Below, in pieces: positions 41,258 through 54,166 of a stretch of DNA of 64,000 nt. The stretch is from contig CAVTRN010000002.1 of the NCBI GenBank assembly GCA_963737155.1, positions 1,952,001 through 2,016,000 on the forward strand, in the 5' to 3' direction. A program made the translations under genes and the position numbers. How positions within the stretch are numbered: the stretch's first letter is position 1; each line of letters opens with the position of its first letter. The notes under the pieces were generated by a model. It searched no databases. It was not told the DNA's origin and worked only from the letters and a program-made list of their open reading frames with translations. Source of the stretch: Nitrospirota bacterium (lineage in GTDB: Bacteria; Nitrospirota; UBA9217).

Positions 41258-41866
41258 TTAATGATTCCGCCCTATTTTCGACTCCGTGCCGGCCAGCAGT
41301 CTTTTGATATTGTCGCGATGACGGTAATAGATCGTGGCGAATACAAACAGGGAGAGAGCACGATAAGGAATGTCTTCCTGCGATGATGTCGCGAATGTCA
41401 TGAGCGGGTATGATGCAAAAGCGATCAGCGCAGCCAATGAAGAATAGCGCCAGATGACTGCAGCCGCAAGCCACACGAGGAGTGCGATCAAGCCGATCAA
41501 GGGCGCAATCGCAAGCATGACTCCGAAGCCAGTGGCTACGCCCTTTCCACCTTTAAACTTCAGATAAACCGGATAGTTATGCCCTAGGATCGCGGCGGCG
41601 CCCGACAGCGTAGCTAGCGTTACATTATTGAAGTGAGAGCGAACGATGAATACTGGAAGAAACCCCTTGAGCCCATCGGCCAACAGGGTCAGGACGGCCG
41701 CTTTTTTCCCGGCTGCGCGAAGAACGTTCGTCGCCCCGATATTCCCACTTCCGACCGTACGAACGTCCACCCCCGATAATATTTTGGAAAACAGGAGTCC
41801 AAACGGCACGGCGCCGATAAGATAGGAAAGGAAAACCACGGAAATCGCGTTTAGTTCGAAGTTCAT
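41258..41866 (-). CDS. plsY: Glycerol-3-phosphate acyltransferase
   Basis: GSGNIGATNVLR, GHNYPV..FKGGKGVAT, RHRDNIKRL. Confidence 0.97.
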   Translation of the reverse strand: MNFELNAISVVFLSYLIGAVPFGLLFSKILSGVDVRTVGSGNIGATNVLRAAGKKAAVLTLLADGLKGFLPVFIVRSHFNNVTLATLSGAAAILGHNYPVYLKFKGGKGVATGFGVMLAIAPLIGLIALLVWLAAAVIWRYSSLAALIAFASYPLMTFATSSQEDIPYRALSLFVFATIYYRHRDNIKRLLAGTESKIGRNH

Positions 41867-41923
41867 AGTTCAGGGTAGTGAATTCAGGTTTTCAGGCCCA
41901 GCGTCAAAAGTCCGAGAGGAATC

Positions 41924-42478
41924 TCATTGATTATCCAGTTGGGTCCAATAGCGCATAAAATATGTGACGGCCGAGTAGACCGCCAGAACCATTGCGACCC
42001 AGAGGGCGATGATCCCCAGATATCTCAGCAATTCATGGGACATATAATAATCCAGAAGCAGCGACAAAACCGCCGTGATCTGTGCACCGACTTTATATTT
42101 GCCCACGGACTCAGCCGGGATGACGATGCCTTCGCTGGATGCTATCGCTCGAAGACCGGTTACTGCGAATTCCCTGCCGATAAGCACGATAGCTATCCAG
42201 GCGTGTACCTCCTTCGGACGAATCTCAACAAGAACGACCAGTGCGGCCATGATCAGTATTTTATCGGCGATCGGGTCGAGCAGCTTGCCAACTTTAGTCA
42301 CCTGACCCCATTTCCGTGCGAGGTATCCATCGAGCCAATCAGTGGCGGAAGCAAGGGAAAAAACGATTCCGGCGGCTAGCGCGCGGATGGGGGTGGGTTC
42401 AAGCATGAGCACAATGAACACTGGCACCGATAAAATCCGGCTAAGGGAGAGCATATTCGGAACGTTGAAAATTTTCAC
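41924..42478 (-). CDS. pgsA: Phosphatidylglycerophosphate synthase
   Basis: PNMLSLSR, TDWLDGYLARK..GKLLDPIADK; GTG start after GGAGGAGG. Confidence 0.95.
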   Translation of the reverse strand: MKIFNVPNMLSLSRILSVPVFIVLMLEPTPIRALAAGIVFSLASATDWLDGYLARKWGQVTKVGKLLDPIADKILIMAALVVLVEIRPKEVHAWIAIVLIGREFAVTGLRAIASSEGIVIPAESVGKYKVGAQITAVLSLLLDYYMSHELLRYLGIIALWVAMVLAVYSAVTYFMRYWTQLDNQ

Positions 42479-43377
42479 GGTTGCCTCCTCCACCGTCGGT
42501 GCATCCAGACCCATTGCTCCGGCTCATTCAATATACAGTCCCCTATTTTCTTCGTCAGCATGGCGGTATTGTCGATGATGTCCTTTTCCCTGTTTCCGGT
42601 CAGAATGAGGTCCAGTGGACCCTCGATAGTAAACGTATGCCGGCCATTCTCATTGCGCTTGATATAACCGAAGAGCACCGGTGCGTCGAACTTGATGGCC
42701 ATGGAGGCCGCTGCAGTTGGTGTCCAGGCAGGCCTGCCCAGGAAGTCGACAAATGCGCTCTCGACATCGGTGTCCTGATCGATCAGGATTGCCAGCGCCC
42801 GATTTTCCTTGAATACCCGAATTAATTCCTTGGCTGCACCGGGTCGGCTTCGCAGAATAGTCCTGACCCCGAGCTTTTCCCGGAGACGGACTATCATGTC
42901 ATTAACCTGTTCCGGCTCAAGAGGTGCGGCGATCACGCTGATTGGATATTTTTTTGATGCAATAGCATAGGCTGCAAGCTCCCAGTTACCGATGTGACCG
43001 GTAACGTAAACCACTCCCCGTCCCCGGTCAAACGCTTTATCAACATTATCAAGCCCCTCGATATCGACAATGCGCGATGCGCGCCAGGACGACATCATCA
43101 TGACTTCGAGCAGCGATTTGCCCAGGTGAACAAAACTGCTTCGTGCCGTTTTCCGTATCCAGGAACGGTCCTTATCTCTGAAAACTTGGGTCAAATGCTC
43201 AAGTGCCCTGCCCCTTTCCCGGGGAAGCAGGTAAAACGCCATATAACCGACCATCCCGCCTGCCAGGACACCTGCACGGTACGGAACGAGATGGGCGAAA
43301 AGCTGAATGAACCTGGCCAACCATAACAGGGAAGTCCGGGAAATGCGCTTTCTCATTTGACGGACCCAATTGTTCAT
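42475..43377 (-). CDS. lpxL: Lipid A late acyltransferase (LpxL/HtrB family)
   Basis: TGHIGNWE, LIDQD, FLGRPA, PEQWVWMHRRW. Confidence 0.88.
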   Translation of the reverse strand: MNNWVRQMRKRISRTSLLWLARFIQLFAHLVPYRAGVLAGGMVGYMAFYLLPRERGRALEHLTQVFRDKDRSWIRKTARSSFVHLGKSLLEVMMMSSWRASRIVDIEGLDNVDKAFDRGRGVVYVTGHIGNWELAAYAIASKKYPISVIAAPLEPEQVNDMIVRLREKLGVRTILRSRPGAAKELIRVFKENRALAILIDQDTDVESAFVDFLGRPAWTPTAAASMAIKFDAPVLFGYIKRNENGRHTFTIEGPLDLILTGNREKDIIDNTAMLTKKIGDCILNEPEQWVWMHRRWRRQP

Positions 43378-43889
43378 GAGGCGGGTTTGCCACGGTTTTT
43401 TAAGATAAGGTTGATTAACTCCCGCACCGCGCCCCTTCCTCCTTCAGCCTTGGTAATCAGATCAACGTGGGGTTTGACCGCAGGATCGGCATCCGCGACA
43501 GCCACTGCAAATCCGGCGCGTTTGAAAATACCCAGATCGACGATATCATCGCCCATATAAGCGACCTCATCGTCCTGCACGCTGTATTTCGTAATAAGAG
43601 ATTCATAGACGACGATCTTTTCAATGGCTCCCTGGTGAACTTCATGGATGCCAAGTTCCCGTGCGCGGATATTGACAACCTCCGATTTCCTCCCGGTAAT
43701 GATCCCGATGACAATACCGGCGCGCTGAGCCAGTTTGATTCCATGACCGTCGCGGACATGAAAAGCCTTGAGTTCATTCCCCTGGTTGTCCAGGAATATT
43801 CTGCCATCTGTCAGAACTCCATCGACGTCAAGCAGAAGTAGTTTTATCTTTCTTGATTTTGTAAGGAGGCTCGTTCTTGTTTTACGCAT
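43374..43889 (-). CDS. kdsC: KDO-8-phosphate phosphatase
   Basis: LDVDGVLTDG, FHVRDG.GI, MGDD..D, GG.GAVRE; the start could extend to 43937. Confidence 0.95.
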   Translation of the reverse strand: MRKTRTSLLTKSRKIKLLLLDVDGVLTDGRIFLDNQGNELKAFHVRDGHGIKLAQRAGIVIGIITGRKSEVVNIRARELGIHEVHQGAIEKIVVYESLITKYSVQDDEVAYMGDDIVDLGIFKRAGFAVAVADADPAVKPHVDLITKAEGGRGAVRELINLILKNRGKPAS

Positions 43890-43933
43890 GATAAGTAAAT
43901 CCGTGACTCGAAATGGAGAACTTTGTACTTTTT

Positions 43934-44902
43934 TCAAACTACGCCTGACTTCAACAGATCGTGGAGATGAATCACTCCCTCCGGTTTCGCGGACGTATCG
44001 GCAACGATAAGGCAGGTAATGGAGTTTTTTTCCATGATGGCGACTGCTTCCGCAGCGAGGGAATCCTTGTTGGCAATTTTCGGATTTCTGGTCATAATAT
44101 CTCCGGCTTTTTTGGCGAGGAGGTTATCACCCGTTTTTTCCGTTTTTTCCATCCAGCGCCTGAGGTCTCCATCGGAGATCACGCCGATCAGTTTTCCTTC
44201 GGTATTGACAACGGCAGTGACGCCCATCTTTTTTGATGATATTTCATAAATCGCATCTTTAATCAACGTTGTTGCCGAGACAATAGGAACAGCATCTCCC
44301 ACATGCATCAGATCCCTGACGCGGAGCAACAATTTTTTGCCAAGAGTTCCGCCAGGATGAAAACAAGCAAAATCCTCCTCTTTGAATCCCCGCTTATCCA
44401 GGAGCGAAACAGCCAGGGCGTCTCCCATGGCAAGCTGCGCTGTCGTGCTGGCCGTTGGCGCCAGACCGAGCGGGCATGCTTCCTCTTTCACCCCGACATT
44501 GATGATTACATCGCTATTTTTGGCGAGTGTTGAATCGGGATTCCCGGTTAAAGCGATAATTTTTATCCCGAGCCGCTTAAGCGAAGGCAGCATCCTCGAC
44601 AGTTCCTCGGTCTCACCGCTGTTCGAAAGGGCAATGACCGCGTCTCCTCGCGTGACCATGCCGAGGTCACCGTGGATGCCCTCTGCGGGATGGAGGAAGA
44701 GGGCCGGCGTACCCGTTGATGCGAGCGTTGCGGCAATCTTTTTCCCGATAAGGCCTGACTTGCCCATGCCGGTTACGACTACCCGCCCTTCGCATTCCAG
44801 GATTATCTGGACGGCCATTTCGAAGCGCTCATCTATCCGGTCGATAAGCGCCGCTACAGCCTCTGATTCTATTTTGAGAACTTTTTTTGCCCGATTTATC
44901 AT
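43934..44902 (-). CDS. kdsD: Arabinose-5-phosphate isomerase
   Basis: [32 protein letters not shown] pair. Confidence 0.96.
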   Translation of the reverse strand: MINRAKKVLKIESEAVAALIDRIDERFEMAVQIILECEGRVVVTGMGKSGLIGKKIAATLASTGTPALFLHPAEGIHGDLGMVTRGDAVIALSNSGETEELSRMLPSLKRLGIKIIALTGNPDSTLAKNSDVIINVGVKEEACPLGLAPTASTTAQLAMGDALAVSLLDKRGFKEEDFACFHPGGTLGKKLLLRVRDLMHVGDAVPIVSATTLIKDAIYEISSKKMGVTAVVNTEGKLIGVISDGDLRRWMEKTEKTGDNLLAKKAGDIMTRNPKIANKDSLAAEAVAIMEKNSITCLIVADTSAKPEGVIHLHDLLKSGVV

Positions 44903-45720
44903 TGTCGTATAATCCGATCTATTTTTATGACTTGCCTCAGCAGCCCGGGTAATTCGTCAAGGCTTAGCATGTTAGGCCCGTCGCACAAAGCTTTGTCCGG
45001 GCAAGCATGAATTTCCATGAACAGTGCGTCGATGCCGACTGCAACGGCAGCGCGCGTCAAATGCGGAACGAACTTGCGATCACCCGATGAAGCTGTTCCG
45101 CCGGCGCCAGGGAGTTGAACGGAATGAGTAGCATCAAAAACCACAGGATAGCCGAATTCCCGTATAATTGGCAGGGATCGCATGTCTGCAACAAGGTTGT
45201 TATAACCGAAGGACACTCCACGCTCGGTGATGATAATTTTGTCGTTGCCCGTGGAAGCCGCCTTCTCGGCCGCGTTTTTAATGTCCCAAGGTGCGAGGAA
45301 TTGCCCTTTCTTGATATTCACCACCCTGCCGGTTCTGGCCACGTCCAGGATGAAATCGGTCTGTCTGCACAAGAATGCCGGAATCTGCATAATATCCAGG
45401 ACTTCCGCCGCTGGTCCAATATCCTCAAAACGATGCACATCGGAAAGGACAGGAAGGTCCAATTCTCGTCCGACGCGACCGAGTATCTTAAGACCCTGCC
45501 GCAAACCAGGCCCCCGAAAGGATGTCAGGGAACTCCTGTTTGCCTTGTCATAAGATGATTTAAAGATAAATGGTATGGAAAGTTCAGTGGTTATTGTTTT
45601 GAGACGAGCCGCTGTTTCCAGCGCAGTCTGTTCCGATTCAATGACGCAGGGGCCCGCAATGAGGACAAGAGGATTGTTCCCGCCTATCCTGATTCCGCGA
45701 ATATTGATTTCCCTAGTCAA
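44899..45720 (-). CDS. kdsA: KDO-8-phosphate synthase
   Basis: [45 protein letters not shown]. Confidence 0.97.
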   Translation of the reverse strand: MTREINIRGIRIGGNNPLVLIAGPCVIESEQTALETAARLKTITTELSIPFIFKSSYDKANRSSLTSFRGPGLRQGLKILGRVGRELDLPVLSDVHRFEDIGPAAEVLDIMQIPAFLCRQTDFILDVARTGRVVNIKKGQFLAPWDIKNAAEKAASTGNDKIIITERGVSFGYNNLVADMRSLPIIREFGYPVVFDATHSVQLPGAGGTASSGDRKFVPHLTRAAVAVGIDALFMEIHACPDKALCDGPNMLSLDELPGLLRQVIKIDRIIRQ

Positions 45721-45722
45721 AG

Positions 45723-47378
45723 TTATTTCCCCTGTTCCTCATGTTTCAAGGCGGCAGCGATGAAAGCAGTGAAAAGAGGGTGAGGTGTGCGCGGATTCGA
45801 TTTAAATTCCGGATGAAACTGGCACCCGAGGAACCAGGGGTGGTCCTTAAGCTCAACGATTTCGACCAGCGTTTCATCAGGAGAGACTCCGCTGATTACG
45901 AGGCCGGCATTTTTTAACGATTCAAGGTATTTATCGTTGAATTCATAACGGTGGCGGTGCCGCTCCGATATCTCCTCTTTGCCGTAGGCCTGGTGGGCGA
46001 GTGTTCTCTTCTCAATCTTGCACGGATAAGCGCCTAGACGCATACTGCCGCCTTTGTCGCTCATAAGGTCCCTTTTTTGGATGGTCTTGTTTCGATGATC
46101 GTACCACTGTTCGATGAGATAGATGACCGGATGGGGCGTCTGTTGGTTGAACTCAGAGCTGTTCGCGTTCTGAAGATGGGCCAAGTTTCTCGCTATTTCG
46201 ATCACGGCACATTGCATGCCCAGGCATATTCCGAAGTACGGGACTTTGTTTTCGCGGGCAAACTTTACCGTTGCTATTTTCCCCTCGACGCCGCGGATGC
46301 CGAATCCTCCGGGGACCAATATCCCGTCCATCCCCTGGAGCATCTCTTCCGCACCCTTGACTTCAATCTCCTCGGAGTCTACCCAACAGATATTAACTCT
46401 GGCATCATTCGCGATACCGCCATGCGTAAGCGCCTCACACAGGCTTTTATAAGCTTCCTTAAGGTCTATATATTTCCCGACCAGCGCTATGGTGACTTCC
46501 CGGGATGGGTGCTTGATCCGATGAATGATCGTTTCCCAGGGTTTTAAATTATTTACGGAAACTTTGAGGGCGAGAGCTTCGACTATGCGGTCATCGATCC
46601 CCTCTTCATGGAGATGGATCGGCACCTCGTAAATCGTTTCCACATCCTGGGCGGCTATTACACAATTCTCCTCCACGTTGCAGAACAGCGCGATTTTTCG
46701 TTTCATCTCCTTCGGAATGAAGCGGTCGCTCCGGCAAACGAGAATGTTCGGCTGGATTCCTATGGACAAGAGTTCTTTGACACTGTGCTGCGTGGGTTTG
46801 GTTTTCAGCTCATCCGCCGCCTTGATGAAAGGCACAAGGGTGAGATGGATATAGAGGACATTTTGTCTGCCCATGCTGTGTTTCAACTGCCGGATGGCTT
46901 CCAAAAAGGGCAGACTTTCAATGTCGCCTATGGTCCCGCCGATTTCGACGATAACGACATCTTCATCGTCGGCAAGGTCAGTGATCGCTCGTTTTATCTC
47001 ATCGGTTATATGGGGCACGACCTGAACCGTGCCGCCCAGGTAATCGCCGCGCCGCTCCTTGGTGATTACGTTGTAGTATATCCTGCCGGAGGTAAAATTA
47101 TTTTTCTGGCCGGTGGTTACGTTTGTATATCGTTCATAATGTCCTAAGTCGAGATCGGTTTCTGCGCCGTCGTCGGTAACGTATACCTCGCCGTGTTGAA
47201 AGGGGCTCATGGTTCCCGGATCTACATTGATGTAGGGGTCGAGTTTCAAGAACGTGACCTTCAGTCCTCTGCTTTCGAGGAGAGCACCGATCGATGAGGC
47301 CGCAAGCCCTTTACCCAGCGACGAGACCACACCGCCAGTGACAAAAATATACTTTGTTACCTTTTCCTTTTTTTCCAT
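45723..47378 (-). CDS. pyrG: CTP synthase
   Basis: [33 protein letters not shown]. Confidence 0.98.
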   Translation of the reverse strand: MEKKEKVTKYIFVTGGVVSSLGKGLAASSIGALLESRGLKVTFLKLDPYINVDPGTMSPFQHGEVYVTDDGAETDLDLGHYERYTNVTTGQKNNFTSGRIYYNVITKERRGDYLGGTVQVVPHITDEIKRAITDLADDEDVVIVEIGGTIGDIESLPFLEAIRQLKHSMGRQNVLYIHLTLVPFIKAADELKTKPTQHSVKELLSIGIQPNILVCRSDRFIPKEMKRKIALFCNVEENCVIAAQDVETIYEVPIHLHEEGIDDRIVEALALKVSVNNLKPWETIIHRIKHPSREVTIALVGKYIDLKEAYKSLCEALTHGGIANDARVNICWVDSEEIEVKGAEEMLQGMDGILVPGGFGIRGVEGKIATVKFARENKVPYFGICLGMQCAVIEIARNLAHLQNANSSEFNQQTPHPVIYLIEQWYDHRNKTIQKRDLMSDKGGSMRLGAYPCKIEKRTLAHQAYGKEEISERHRHRYEFNDKYLESLKNAGLVISGVSPDETLVEIVELKDHPWFLGCQFHPEFKSNPRTPHPLFTAFIAAALKHEEQGK

Positions 47379-47386
47379 GCCTACTC

Positions 47387-48160
47387 TCAACTTTCTTTTA
47401 GTCGTTGCAGTATTTTACTCAAATCATCAGGGATGTCAACACCAAAGGATTCATGCGCAGTCGGGGTTACCTTGATCCTGCGGCCGTGTTCAAGCACGCG
47501 GAGCTGCTCCAGCTTTTCCGCAGCCTCAAGCGTTGTTTGCTGCATTCTGGAATAGTCTAACAGAAAGTCCCGTCGGTAGACATACAAGCCGATATGCTTG
47601 TACATGACGCCGTCAAGCGACAGATCGGAAAAAGACTTTTTCCCCGCCCAGCTGTCCCGATTCCACGGAATAGGGGCGCGAGAAAAATAGAGTGCAAAGC
47701 CGTTACTGTCAAAAACGACTTTCACAACGTTCGGATCAAAAGCCTCCTCTTTTTTCTCTATTTTCTTACAGAGCGTGGCCATAGGTACTGACGGATCTAG
47801 TACCAGCGGCAATATCGCTTCATCGATCATGGAAGCCTGTATAAGAGGTTCATCACCCTGCACATTTACGACAATGTCGCAATCGAGTCTTTGAGCTACT
47901 TCGGCAATCCGATCAGTGCCGGTGACATGCGATGACAACGTCATGACCGATTCACCGCCAAATGAAGAAACAGCTTTCATGATGCGCTCATCATCAGTGG
48001 CAACGATTACACGGTTTACCAGGCGGGACATGCGGGTTCGTTCATAAACCCACTGGATCATCGGTTTATCCTGTATAGGGACAAGCGCTTTTCCTGGAAA
48101 TCTGGTGGAGCCAAAACGGGCGGGAATAATCGCTATGATCGTATTGCTTTTTTTCCCCAT
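47387..48160 (-). CDS. kdsB: CMP-KDO synthetase
   Basis: [46 protein letters not shown]. Confidence 0.97.
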   Translation of the reverse strand: MGKKSNTIIAIIPARFGSTRFPGKALVPIQDKPMIQWVYERTRMSRLVNRVIVATDDERIMKAVSSFGGESVMTLSSHVTGTDRIAEVAQRLDCDIVVNVQGDEPLIQASMIDEAILPLVLDPSVPMATLCKKIEKKEEAFDPNVVKVVFDSNGFALYFSRAPIPWNRDSWAGKKSFSDLSLDGVMYKHIGLYVYRRDFLLDYSRMQQTTLEAAEKLEQLRVLEHGRRIKVTPTAHESFGVDIPDDLSKILQRLKES

Positions 48161-48197
48161 GGGAAGACTGTTACCTCGTGTGCCGTATTCGAGGATG

Positions 48198-49130
48198 CTA
48201 ACGGGACAACTCCTTTTTAAAATACTCAATGGTCCTGGTCATCCCGTCGGTTACGGAAACCGCAGGCTTCCATCCCAGCTTTTGTCCGGCCAGCGTGATA
48301 TCTGGTTGGCGCTGAGTCGGATCGTCCGACGGTAATGGTTTATATTCAATTTTCGATTTCGAACCGGTCATAGCGATGATTTTTTGTGCTAGCTCTAAGA
48401 TCGTATATTCTTCGGGGTTTCCCAGGTTTACAGGCCCAGTGAAGTTTTCCGTATTCATCATGCTCACCATGCCTTCGATTAAGTCATCGACGTAGCAAAA
48501 TGACCGTGTCTGGGACCCTTTACCGTATACCGTGATGTCCTGCCCTTTCAGCGCTTGGATGATGAAGTTGCTCACTACACGACCATCATTGGGCAGCATT
48601 CGGGGACCATAGGTGTTAAAAATCCGGATGATCTTGATATCCACATTGTTCTGGCGATGGTAATCCATCATCAGGGTTTCTGCAACCCGCTTTCCCTCGT
48701 CATAACAGCTTCTGATCCCTATGCAGTTTACGTTGCCCCAGTAATCTTCTTTTTGCGGATGTACAACGGGATCGCCGTAGACTTCCGATGTGGAAGCGAA
48801 CAGAATTCTCGCTTTCACTCTCTTTGCCATGCCAAGCATGTTGATTGTGCCGAGAACATTGGCTTTGATTGTCTTTATTGCGTTGTACTGATAATGAATT
48901 GGAGATGCAGGACAGGCCAGATGGTATATCCTGTCAACTTCGAGCAGGATGGGATTAGTTACATCATGGCGGATCAACTCAAAGTCCGTATTACTCAGCA
49001 GATGACGGACGTTTCCTCTCTTGCCCGTGAAATAATTATCCAAGCATATTACTTCATTTTTTTCACGAAGCAATCGTTCACATAGATGAGAACCTAAAAA
49101 GCCTGCGCCGCCGGTTACGAGATACCTCAT
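48198..49130 (-). CDS. uxs: UDP-glucuronate decarboxylase (UDP-xylose synthase)
   Basis: [38 protein letters not shown]. Confidence 0.93.
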   Translation of the reverse strand: MRYLVTGGAGFLGSHLCERLLREKNEVICLDNYFTGKRGNVRHLLSNTDFELIRHDVTNPILLEVDRIYHLACPASPIHYQYNAIKTIKANVLGTINMLGMAKRVKARILFASTSEVYGDPVVHPQKEDYWGNVNCIGIRSCYDEGKRVAETLMMDYHRQNNVDIKIIRIFNTYGPRMLPNDGRVVSNFIIQALKGQDITVYGKGSQTRSFCYVDDLIEGMVSMMNTENFTGPVNLGNPEEYTILELAQKIIAMTGSKSKIEYKPLPSDDPTQRQPDITLAGQKLGWKPAVSVTDGMTRTIEYFKKELSR

Positions 49131-49232
49131 AGCTTCTCCTTATTTAAAAGCGCAAATGCCGAAAGGTGGAACAGGTATGGATCGAAGCATTCCGGTCCTG
49201 ATTCTTTTCTTTTTCGAGCGTTGTTCTATGCG

Positions 49233-50564
49233 TTATTTTCTTCCAATACCGTAATAGGTGAATCCCAGCTTGCGAAGTTCAACTTTATTGTAAATATTTC
49301 TGCCGTCGAAAATGACCGGCTTGTTCATGAGCCGCTTTATTTTCCGAAAATCGGGCGTATGGAATTCACTCCACTCGGTCACTACAGCGAGTGCGTCAGC
49401 ACCTTTCAGGGCGTCGTAAGCAACCGGCAAATATTTTAATTTGTTCTTGAATATTTTACGAGCTTCGTCCATAGCTACCGGGTCATGAGCTCTGACCGAG
49501 GCGCCAGCGCGAAGAAGGTTTTCTATGATAACCACCGAAGGGGCTTCACGCATATCATCGGTCTTCGGCTTGAACGAAAGACCCCAGACTGCTATCGTTT
49601 TGCCAGCAAGAGGCTTTTGAGTATTTTTGCTCCTTCCGGCTCCTTTGCCGAAATGATTGAGGATCATAGTGGAAAGAAGATTTTTCTGGCGTTCGTTAAC
49701 TGTCTCCACAGACTTCAGTACCCTGGCATCAACGCCATGCTCCTTCGCAGTCTGGACCAACGCCTTGACGTCCTTAGGGAAACATGAGCCGCCGTACCCC
49801 ACCCCCGGGAACAGGAATTCAAATCCGATCCTGCGATCGTAACTCATTCCTTTGCGAACGCTGTCGATATCGGCGCCAAGGCTGGCACAGATAATCGACA
49901 TTTCGTTGATGAACGATATTTTGGTGGCAAGCATCGCATTCGAAGCATACTTGGTCATCTCCGCGCTCCGGATGTCCATGATGAGAATCCTGTCTCCTTT
50001 CCGGACAAAGGATGCATAGAGGTTCTGCATGAGCACGGCAGCTTTGGGATTGTCAACACCGATGACCACTCGGTCAGGCTTCATGAAATCCTCAATCGCG
50101 GCCCCTTCCTTGAGGAATTCAGGATTTGAAACAACGTCGAATTTATGGCGGGTGTGACTCTTGATAGCTGCTCTGACTTTATCTGCCGTCCCAACAGGGA
50201 CCGTGCTTTTATTGATGATGACCCTGTATCCATTCATGTATCTTCCGATTTCCCGGGCCGCGCCGACTACATATTTGAGGTCGGCCGAGCCGTCCTCTCC
50301 TGGTGGCGTACCAACTGCAATAAATATTAAATCGGATATACTCACTGCTTTGGCCATATCGGTAGTGAAACTCAACCGTCCGTGACTGGTATTCCGTTTG
50401 ATGAGTTCTTCCAATCCTGGCTCATAAATAGGCACAGTGCCGCTGTTAAGGGAAGCGATTTTCTGTTCATCGATGTCCATGCAGATTACCTCATTGCCGC
50501 TTTCCGCCAGACAGGTGCCGGTCACAAGACCAACGTAACCGGTTCCAATAACCGATATTTTCAT
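49233..50564 (-). CDS. ugd: UDP-glucose 6-dehydrogenase
   Basis: [33 protein letters not shown]. Confidence 0.96.
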   Translation of the reverse strand: MKISVIGTGYVGLVTGTCLAESGNEVICMDIDEQKIASLNSGTVPIYEPGLEELIKRNTSHGRLSFTTDMAKAVSISDLIFIAVGTPPGEDGSADLKYVVGAAREIGRYMNGYRVIINKSTVPVGTADKVRAAIKSHTRHKFDVVSNPEFLKEGAAIEDFMKPDRVVIGVDNPKAAVLMQNLYASFVRKGDRILIMDIRSAEMTKYASNAMLATKISFINEMSIICASLGADIDSVRKGMSYDRRIGFEFLFPGVGYGGSCFPKDVKALVQTAKEHGVDARVLKSVETVNERQKNLLSTMILNHFGKGAGRSKNTQKPLAGKTIAVWGLSFKPKTDDMREAPSVVIIENLLRAGASVRAHDPVAMDEARKIFKNKLKYLPVAYDALKGADALAVVTEWSEFHTPDFRKIKRLMNKPVIFDGRNIYNKVELRKLGFTYYGIGRK

Positions 50565-50579
50565 GTTTTCGTTTTTCTC

Positions 50580-51698
50580 CTATTTTCTCATTGTATAGTT
50601 ACGTTCAATCCACTTTGTATATTCGCCGCTTCTAATTTTTTCCACCCAGTCCCGGTTGTTGAGGTACCAGCTAATCGTCTCACGCAAGCCGGATTCAAAC
50701 TGGTGATTCTGTTTCCATCCCAAATCGCTCTTGATTTTATCACAGTTGATCGCATAACGTCGGTCGTGTCCAGGACGGTCAGGAACAAACGTAATAAGAT
50801 CCCGATAGTTTCCAGTGGAAGAATCCTTTCGAGGATGAAGTTCCTCAAGCACATCGCAAATCGCGTGAACTACTTCGATGTTTTTTCTTTCGCATTCACC
50901 ACCGATATTATAGGTATCGCCGGACCTTCCCTTTGCGAGAATGAGCCAAACTGCCTCGCAGTGGTCTCCCACATAGAGCCAGTCACGTACATTATTACCA
51001 TCGCCATAAACCGGCAACGGTTTTCCTTCGAGTGCGTTCAAAATAATCAATGGTATCAATTTTTCCGGAAAATGATAAGGACCATAGTTGTTCGAGCAGT
51101 TCGAAATGGTGGTCTGCAGGCCGTAAGTATGACCATAAGCCCTCACCAGATGGTCCGAAGCTGCCTTAGATGCCGAATAAGGACTGCGTGGATCGTAGGG
51201 TGTCGATTCAAAAAAGTATCCCGTATCGCCGAGAGAACCATAGACCTCGTCCGTACTGATGTGATGAAATCGAACGTCCTTCCTGCTTCCCCATACCTGG
51301 CGGGCAACTTCAAGGAGGCTGAAAGTACCGTTGATGTTCGTCTCAACGAAATCCTTCGGACCGAAAATGGAGCGGTCTACATGACTTTCCGCTGCGAAGT
51401 GAACAACGATGTTTATGCTATATTTATTGATCGTTTTATGGACTTTTTCAAAATCACGGATATCCCCTTGTTCGAACACATATTGCCTGCCGCCGAATTT
51501 CTGACTGATGTCGACGAGGTTCATAAGATTGCCTGCATATGTAAGCTTGTCGTAATTGATCAGAGTGCCATTGAAGTTTGTTTTATTAAAAACATATCTG
51601 ATGAAATTTGAACCGATAAAGCCGGCCCCGCCGGTTACTAGAATGTTCGCTGAGTGGAGATGGAACGAAGCTGATTTATTTTCGATCATACTATTCAC
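50580..51698 (-). CDS. rfbB: dTDP-glucose 4,6-dehydratase
   Basis: [32 protein letters not shown]. Confidence 0.97.
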   Translation of the reverse strand: MNSMIENKSASFHLHSANILVTGGAGFIGSNFIRYVFNKTNFNGTLINYDKLTYAGNLMNLVDISQKFGGRQYVFEQGDIRDFEKVHKTINKYSINIVVHFAAESHVDRSIFGPKDFVETNINGTFSLLEVARQVWGSRKDVRFHHISTDEVYGSLGDTGYFFESTPYDPRSPYSASKAASDHLVRAYGHTYGLQTTISNCSNNYGPYHFPEKLIPLIILNALEGKPLPVYGDGNNVRDWLYVGDHCEAVWLILAKGRSGDTYNIGGECERKNIEVVHAICDVLEELHPRKDSSTGNYRDLITFVPDRPGHDRRYAINCDKIKSDLGWKQNHQFESGLRETISWYLNNRDWVEKIRSGEYTKWIERNYTMRK

Positions 51699-52548
51699 CA
51701 GAGAGTCCTCCCTCGCTCATGAATGAAGCAACCGCATCTTGCCACGACGGAATATTCACATTTAACAGCCGTTCAAGCCTGCTGTTACTCATTGCGGAAA
51801 ACTTGGGCCGTCTTGCCGGGAGTTGAAACGCATCCATGGAGACGGGTCTGATGAATTTGTTGACACCCAAGACGTTAAGAATCACTTTCGCCCATTCATA
51901 TCGTGAACAATATCCGCCATTCGTGAGATGATATCTCCCGACTATTCCTGCCTCGATCGCTTTGAACGTTACATCCACTACCGTATCGGTATAAGTAGGA
52001 ACCGAAAACTCATCGCAGGCGATCTTGAGATACTCATTGTTTTTGGACCACTCGCCCAATTTATAAATAAAATTTTGTTTACCAGGACCGAAGACCCAGC
52101 TCAGTCTGAGCACCAAGCAGCGTGTACACTCCTCGAGAACGTACTGTTCACCGGCGAGTTTGCTTTTCCCGTATTCGTTTAAAGGATTTACAGAATCGTC
52201 CTCGGTGTACAAGCCGGACTCCTTGAGCCCGTCGAAAACATAATCGGAGCCGAAATGCACAAGAAGGGCTTTCTGTGCAGCAGCGGCGCGCGCGAGATTT
52301 TTCGGCCCTTCTGCGTTCACTCTGAATGCCGCTGCGCGATCCTGTTCCGCTTTGTCCACAAGATTATAGGCTGCACAGTTGATGATAACATCGGGCCGGT
52401 AAGCATCGATGGCAGCGGAAACAATTCCGGGGGCTGTGATGTCAAGATGTGATTCATCGGGAGCATGGAAATCGATATTTTGCCGCTCAAATCGACGGAT
52501 GAACGCCCTGGCCAGTTGCCCTTTTTTCCCCGTAAGCAGATATTTCAT
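51691..52548 (-). CDS. rfbD: dTDP-4-dehydrorhamnose reductase
   Basis: GKKGQL, NCAAYN.VDKAE, SDYVFDG, YGKSK, ARRP. Confidence 0.95.
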   Translation of the reverse strand: MKYLLTGKKGQLARAFIRRFERQNIDFHAPDESHLDITAPGIVSAAIDAYRPDVIINCAAYNLVDKAEQDRAAAFRVNAEGPKNLARAAAAQKALLVHFGSDYVFDGLKESGLYTEDDSVNPLNEYGKSKLAGEQYVLEECTRCLVLRLSWVFGPGKQNFIYKLGEWSKNNEYLKIACDEFSVPTYTDTVVDVTFKAIEAGIVGRYHLTNGGYCSRYEWAKVILNVLGVNKFIRPVSMDAFQLPARRPKFSAMSNSRLERLLNVNIPSWQDAVASFMSEGGLSGE

Positions 52549-52556
52549 AGCACCAC

Positions 52557-53111
52557 TCATAGTTTAAAATTGTTGTCGGCATCCCGCAGTCGGGGATGGA
52601 CCGTATCCTTGGCGGACAAGATCGGGCTGTCGAGCGGCCAGACTATATCGATATCCGGGTCGCTCCAGATGATACCCCGATCATCGGCCAGGGAATACTC
52701 GTTTGTGCATTTGTATAAAACCTCTGCAGTGTCGCTCAGAACCTGAAACCCGTGGGCAAAACCGGGAGGCACGTAAAGCATATGTTTATTGTCCTCAGTC
52801 AGGTTGACGCCCACCCATTTGCCGTATAGCGAAGAGCCTTTGCGGATATCCGCCGCGACATCAAATATTTCCCCTTTGATGCACATAACCAGCTTGCCTT
52901 GCGCCTTTGGCGTCTTCTGGTAGTGTAGGCCCCGAAGGACTCCCCTTGACGATTTAGAATAATTGTCCTGGACCAGATGTTCCTGAATGCCTCCACGCAC
53001 GAAGTCTGAGTGCTTATATAATTCAAGAAAATAACCGCGATCGTCTTTGAATATCTTTGGTTTCACGAGAACGAGACCGGGAATCTCAAGTTTTTCAAAC
53101 TCAAATGGCAT
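52557..53111 (-). CDS. rfbC: dTDP-4-dehydrorhamnose 3,5-epimerase
   Basis: [29 protein letters not shown]. Confidence 0.97.
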   Translation of the reverse strand: MPFEFEKLEIPGLVLVKPKIFKDDRGYFLELYKHSDFVRGGIQEHLVQDNYSKSSRGVLRGLHYQKTPKAQGKLVMCIKGEIFDVAADIRKGSSLYGKWVGVNLTEDNKHMLYVPPGFAHGFQVLSDTAEVLYKCTNEYSLADDRGIIWSDPDIDIVWPLDSPILSAKDTVHPRLRDADNNFKL

Positions 53112-53994
53112 TCGGCACCTCTTGCTCTGCTACCATTCTGAGATAGGCTCCATAGGCGTTCTTGTTATGGTTTTCTGCAGCCTTAAGAAGTACTTTTTTG
53201 TCTATGTAGCCCAGCCTATAAGCGATTTCCTCGATGCATGCCATTTTAAGCCCCTGTCGCTTTTCGATTGTCGCAATAAATTCTCCAGCTTCAAGCAGGC
53301 TTTCATGTGTTCCCGTATCGAGCCACGCATATCCTCTGCCCATGAGTTCCACACGAAGTTCTTTCTTATTCAGATACTCCCTGTTCACATCAGTAATTTC
53401 AAGCTCGCCTCTTCCAGACGGCTTGATGCTTTTCGCGATACGGATCACATCGTTATCATAGAAATAAATCCCAGTGATGGCATATTTGGACTTCGGCTGT
53501 TTTGGCTTTTCGTCCACGGACAACACAGTGCCGTCCTTGTCGAATTCCACAATGCCGTAGCGTTCGGGATCGTTTACATAATAGCCGAAAACCGTGGCGC
53601 CGCCGAGGGTTGTTACATCGCGAACGGCCTTGTTTAAAAGTCCTGTGAGTCCCTGGCCAAAAAAGATATTGTCGCCCAGTACCAGACATACCGTATCGTT
53701 GCCGACGAAGCCATCGCCGATCAAGAACGCCTCAGCGAGACCGTTCGGATGCGCCTGTTCCTGGTAGGTAAAACGAAGCCCCAGATCGTCGCCGCTGCCA
53801 AAAATGTCTTGGAACCGGGGAAGGTCGACAGGTGTAGAGATTATTAGAATATCCCTGATTCCGGCCAACATGAGCACCGAGAGGGGGTAATAGATCATAG
53901 GCTTGTCATAGATCGGCAGCAGTTGCTTGCATACACCCCGAGTAATGGGATAGAGTCGCGTACCGCTTCCACCTGCAAGAATGATCCCTTTCAC
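53101..53994 (-). CDS. rfbA: Glucose-1-phosphate thymidylyltransferase
   Basis: [40 protein letters not shown]. Confidence 0.97.
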   Translation of the reverse strand: MKGIILAGGSGTRLYPITRGVCKQLLPIYDKPMIYYPLSVLMLAGIRDILIISTPVDLPRFQDIFGSGDDLGLRFTYQEQAHPNGLAEAFLIGDGFVGNDTVCLVLGDNIFFGQGLTGLLNKAVRDVTTLGGATVFGYYVNDPERYGIVEFDKDGTVLSVDEKPKQPKSKYAITGIYFYDNDVIRIAKSIKPSGRGELEITDVNREYLNKKELRVELMGRGYAWLDTGTHESLLEAGEFIATIEKRQGLKMACIEEIAYRLGYIDKKVLLKAAENHNKNAYGAYLRMVAEQEVPNAI

Positions 53995-54166
53995 TTGTCA
54001 CCTCCTGAATTTATTTCGCTGATAAAGTTCTATCTACTCTTACTGTCTCACGTGCATTCTTTGGGTGTTTCCTGATTTACCGAGGTTTCAGAAAAATGTA
54101 CATCTGATAAGATTTGAATGATGACGTTAAAATGCAAAAAGAACATGTTTTATGTCCTGCGCCTGC

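Noticed and set aside
50382-51611. 409-aa plus-strand ORF
   Set aside because: Antisense shadow of rfbB/ugd
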